From UHGV virus genome UHGV-0160852: a DNA stretch of 16,276 bases, one strand, 5' to 3'. A model generated the notes under the pieces. That model was given only the letters and a program-made list of their open reading frames with translations, was not told the DNA's origin and made no database searches. Source of the DNA: a virus. Both the position numbers and the translations under genes were made by a program. Shown one piece after another: positions 13,559 to 16,276 of the stretch; positions within the stretch are counted from its first letter, which is position 1, and each line of letters begins with the position of its first letter.

Positions 13559-14386
13559 ATGTCTCAGTTAGACAGCGGTACTTTTCAGCAGGTTAAAGAC
13601 CTCGTGCTTTCCGGGTATCACCTGAACGATATCCACGGCCTGGCCTGTCCAACCGCCCTGCTACCGCAGAATACCAACGTTGAAAGCCTGGAGCGTTTTG
13701 CTCTTGAGCGTTTCCGTTTCCGCGGTGCCATGGACACGACCAGCATTGATGATTTCGTTCGCTATTCTGTCGCTTATGCCCAGGAAGAAGAAAAAGCACG
13801 TTGCTTTATTGATGCCGATAACATGCTGGCTCGTTCTATCTTCAATATCGGCACGTTGGACAACCCAGGCCACGCTGATAACGTCGCCTCGATCAAGCTT
13901 AAGAAGACAGCGCCCTTCCGCGCGTTACTGGCGATCAACGGCGATCACCTTAATCAGAAGCAAATCGCCGAATGGCTCGAAGACTGGAGTGACTATCTCA
14001 CTGCGTTCGATTCCGACGGACAGACAATGAAAATTGCACAGGCAGCGCAGGCGGTTCGCCGTGTCACTATCCAGCAAACTAATGCCGCCGATCATGAAGA
14101 CGGTGATTTCAGCGGCAAAAAATCGCTGATGCAAAGTATCGAAGCCAGCAGTAAAGATGTTATGCCGGTCGCGTTTGAGTTTAAGTGTGTACCCTATGAA
14201 GGCCTGGGCGAACGTCGTTTCAGTCTTCGCAATAGCCTGCTCAAAAGTAGCGATCCGGTATTCGTCCTGCGTATCGTCCAGCTGGAAGCCCTGGAAGAAG
14301 CGATCGCCAATGAGTTCCGTGATCTGCTGGTTGGCAAGTTCGACGGCAAGCCGGTAGAAACCTTTATCGGCAACTTCAAGGCCTGA
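13559..14386 (+). CDS. YfdQ-like (DUF2303-type) prophage protein
   Basis: 275-aa ORF with AAGGAA about 7 nt upstream; sits immediately before an HD-domain gene, matching the yfdQ-yfdR order and sizes I recall for the CPS-53 prophage. Not verifiable without a search. Confidence 0.8.
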   Translation: MSQLDSGTFQQVKDLVLSGYHLNDIHGLACPTALLPQNTNVESLERFALERFRFRGAMDTTSIDDFVRYSVAYAQEEEKARCFIDADNMLARSIFNIGTLDNPGHADNVASIKLKKTAPFRALLAINGDHLNQKQIAEWLEDWSDYLTAFDSDGQTMKIAQAAQAVRRVTIQQTNAADHEDGDFSGKKSLMQSIEASSKDVMPVAFEFKCVPYEGLGERRFSLRNSLLKSSDPVFVLRIVQLEALEEAIANEFRDLLVGKFDGKPVETFIGNFKA

Positions 14387-14515
14387 TTGCTCTCCATTAA
14401 ATCCCCGTCGTTGAGGGGATTTATTAAAGCGTAATCCTGTAATTAATCGCCACCTGGCGAGGGATTCCTACACCCAAAAAACAGCGCTGTGCAGGCGTAA
14501 AGTATGGAGAAAATA

Positions 14516-15043
14516 ATGAGCTTTATTCAAACCTTTTCAGGCAAACATTTTAACTATCTCGACATCCAGCAAGACGCCATCGAGATCGAAGATATTGCTA
14601 ATGCACTCTCGAACATCTGCCGCTTTGCCGGTCACCTGCCTGAGTTCTATAGCGTCGGCCAGCACAGCGTTTTAACAAGCCAACTGGTACCTCAAGAATT
14701 TGCGCTTGAAGCGCTGCTGCATGACGCCGCCGAGGCATATTTGCAGGATATCCCTGCCCCATTAAAACGCCTTCTTCCTGACTACCGCGCAATTGAAGAT
14801 CAGGTTGATGCAGCTATTCGCCAAAAATTCGGCCTGCCGGCTGTGCAGCACCCGACCGTTAAATATGCCGACCTGGTGATGCTGGCCAGCGAACGTCGCG
14901 ACTTTGAGATCGACGACGGCACCCACTGGCCGATGCTCGACGGCGTCATTCCTACTGACCAGTTTGTGATTAACCCCGTCCGCCCGGGCCAGTCTTACGG
15001 CATGTTCATGAACCGCTTTAACCAACTGATGGAGCGGCGCTAA
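14516..15043 (+). CDS. HD-domain phosphohydrolase, YfdR-like 5'-deoxynucleotidase
   Basis: HD-domain metal-binding pattern (CRFAGH...GQHS...LLHDAAEAY...D) in a 175-aa protein beginning MSFIQTFSGKHF; start at the ATG at 14516 with GGAG 6 nt upstream (track start 14504). Confidence 0.88.
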   Translation: MSFIQTFSGKHFNYLDIQQDAIEIEDIANALSNICRFAGHLPEFYSVGQHSVLTSQLVPQEFALEALLHDAAEAYLQDIPAPLKRLLPDYRAIEDQVDAAIRQKFGLPAVQHPTVKYADLVMLASERRDFEIDDGTHWPMLDGVIPTDQFVINPVRPGQSYGMFMNRFNQLMERR

Positions 15044-15243
15044 TGGCACATGTGAAAGTGAAAGAATTAGTTGCTGCAGCATACGCTACAGCACCTGACC
15101 TACCACCAGCAGCAGCACAATTAATGCAAGACATAGCGTCAAGGCTGGATGTGACCTTTGTCGCCCTTACAGAGGCAATGGACCAGAACACCGCTATGGC
15201 CGCGATGATAGCGAACCTGAGCGAGGAAAACAGAAATGGCTAA
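15043..15243 (+). CDS. small hypothetical protein (66 aa), translationally coupled on both sides
   Basis: TAATG overlap with the HD gene stop and an 8-bp overlap with the next gene start; Ala-rich, no family. Confidence 0.55.
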   Translation: MAHVKVKELVAAAYATAPDLPPAAAQLMQDIASRLDVTFVALTEAMDQNTAMAAMIANLSEENRNG

Positions 15244-16021
15244 AAACTCGATCGATGCTTATGGCGCCAGCGGCAAGACAAACGTTCTGATGTTCGAGCC
15301 GGAAAATCTGCATATTGTCACTGACAAGGCCCACCCGCTTTACGATGAGCGAGTCAATCTGCCGATCGATGAAGGGATGGTGTTGAATATCAAAGAGCTG
15401 GGTGTTCTTGAGCCGATTATTGTCTGGAAAGACCCTGAAAAGGGGCTCACCTGTGTGGTTGTCGGTCGTCAGCGCGTTAAACATACGCTGGAAGCCAATA
15501 AGCTCCTGCTGAAAGAAGGCAAAACACCGCTGCTTGTTCCTGGAGTCGTTAAGCGTGGTTCGGCAAACCAAATGGCCAAATATATGGTCAGCGAAAACGA
15601 AATCCGCCGACCTGATACGCCATTAGGTCGAGCTAAGAAAATGTCAGACGCGCTGGATCGTGGTCATGACGAGGACGACCTTGCGGTGTTGTTTGGCTGT
15701 AGCGTTCAGACTGTCCGTGCAACGCTGTCACTACTCGATGCTACCCAGGCTGTTAGGGAGGCGGTAGAGTCTGGCACAGTTACCGTTACCCAGGCGCGTC
15801 AGCTTGGCGCGCTACCACCTGAAGAGCAGCGGGCAAAAGTGGCAGAAATCGAGCTGGCGACAGCTGGAACCAAAGGCCATGAAAAATCCCGTCGGCAGCG
15901 TCAGGTTCTCGGTGAGGCAAAACCGCGCATCAAATCACGTAAGGAAATCACAAAAGCCCTCGAAGATGCCAGCGGCGAATATGCCGAGGCTCTGCTCTGG
16001 GTACTTGGGGAGGCGAAATGA
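15236..16021 (+). CDS. ParB-like N-terminal (ParB/Srx nuclease-fold) domain protein
   Basis: LGVLEPIIVWKDPEKGLTCVVVGRQRVKHTL resembles the ParB box region (QPI-V-R ... GERR-RA), followed by a helical, basic C-terminal half. Confidence 0.75.
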   Translation: MAKNSIDAYGASGKTNVLMFEPENLHIVTDKAHPLYDERVNLPIDEGMVLNIKELGVLEPIIVWKDPEKGLTCVVVGRQRVKHTLEANKLLLKEGKTPLLVPGVVKRGSANQMAKYMVSENEIRRPDTPLGRAKKMSDALDRGHDEDDLAVLFGCSVQTVRATLSLLDATQAVREAVESGTVTVTQARQLGALPPEEQRAKVAEIELATAGTKGHEKSRRQRQVLGEAKPRIKSRKEITKALEDASGEYAEALLWVLGEAK

Positions 16022-16152
16022 ACTTTGAACCTGAAAATTACAGCCGGCGCGCCCTTCTCTGGTTTGCTGCACTGGTCAGTGTTGTCGGGTGGGTTGTAGT
16101 AGTCGCTGTAATCTTGGGCGTATGCATGATGATCGAATGGGTGACGGCATGA
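16018..16152 (+). CDS. possible 44-aa single-pass membrane peptide (MNFEPENYSRRALLWFAALVSVVGWVVVVAVILGVCMMIEWVTA)
   Basis: ATGA overlap with the ParB-like gene stop and a hydrophobic helix of about 22 residues; below the track length cutoff. Another ATGA-coupled tiny ORF starts at 16149. Confidence 0.4.
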   Translation: MNFEPENYSRRALLWFAALVSVVGWVVVVAVILGVCMMIEWVTA

Positions 16153-16276
16153 ACATCGAAACAGTAAACGAGCTCATTCAGTCGCTGGAGTCGGCGGGCC
16201 CATAAAGCAGCGGACCGCTCACAAAATCATAAATGTGTTTCATACCCGACTCACGAACAGCAACCCCCAGGAACAA

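Noticed and set aside
13593-14397. ORFs 13593..13799, 13661..13873, 13680..14030, 13925..14134, 14157..14357 and 14194..14397
   Set aside because: All overlap the 275-aa YfdQ-like gene in other frames or on the opposite strand and are Ser/Arg-rich; the long plus-strand frame has a ribosome-binding site and protein-like composition.
14598-15571. Minus-strand ORFs 14598..14792, 14762..15082 and 15194..15571
   Set aside because: Antisense to the HD-domain and ParB-like genes, which have recognisable motifs and are linked by start/stop overlaps.
1-16276. CRISPR array, tRNA genes, insertion-sequence ends
   Set aside because: No regularly spaced direct repeats with unique spacers, no cloverleaf-compatible 70-90-nt segments with conserved T-loop and D-loop motifs, and no terminal inverted repeats flanking a transposase-like ORF were seen.

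Overview
This window reads as the immunity, replication and nin/Q region of a lambdoid (lambda-like) prophage from an enterobacterial host. Everything left of about 11.2 kb is on the minus strand, in lambda-like order from right to left: cro, a cII-position regulator, an O-like replication initiator with an internal iteron origin, a PerC-like regulator, a Dam-like N6-adenine methyltransferase overlapping a very large C5-cytosine methyltransferase, a LexA-DNA-binding-domain-only protein coupled to rusA, a KilA-N protein, a DUF968/YdfU-like protein, a lambda-Q-family antiterminator followed by a PR'/tR'-like late promoter and terminator, and a second (DPPY) adenine methyltransferase cut by the window edge. 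On the plus strand sit the cI-like repressor (S24 peptidase type), its terminator, and a consensus-like PL promoter with a palindromic operator. PL is followed by about 1.07 kb with no convincing ORF, which contains terminator-like hairpins and precedes a chain of translationally coupled early genes (a YfdQ-like protein, an HD-domain YfdR-like nucleotidase, a ParB-like protein). The most unusual element is that ORF-poor, repressor-controlled leader, a candidate large structured RNA or RNA-based antitermination module. Also notable are the modular C5-methyltransferase with seven repeated P-x-x-T-[IVM]-T modules and the phage LexA-DBD homolog. All calls rest on manual translation, remembered family motifs and hand-found signals; no database search or folding was run.
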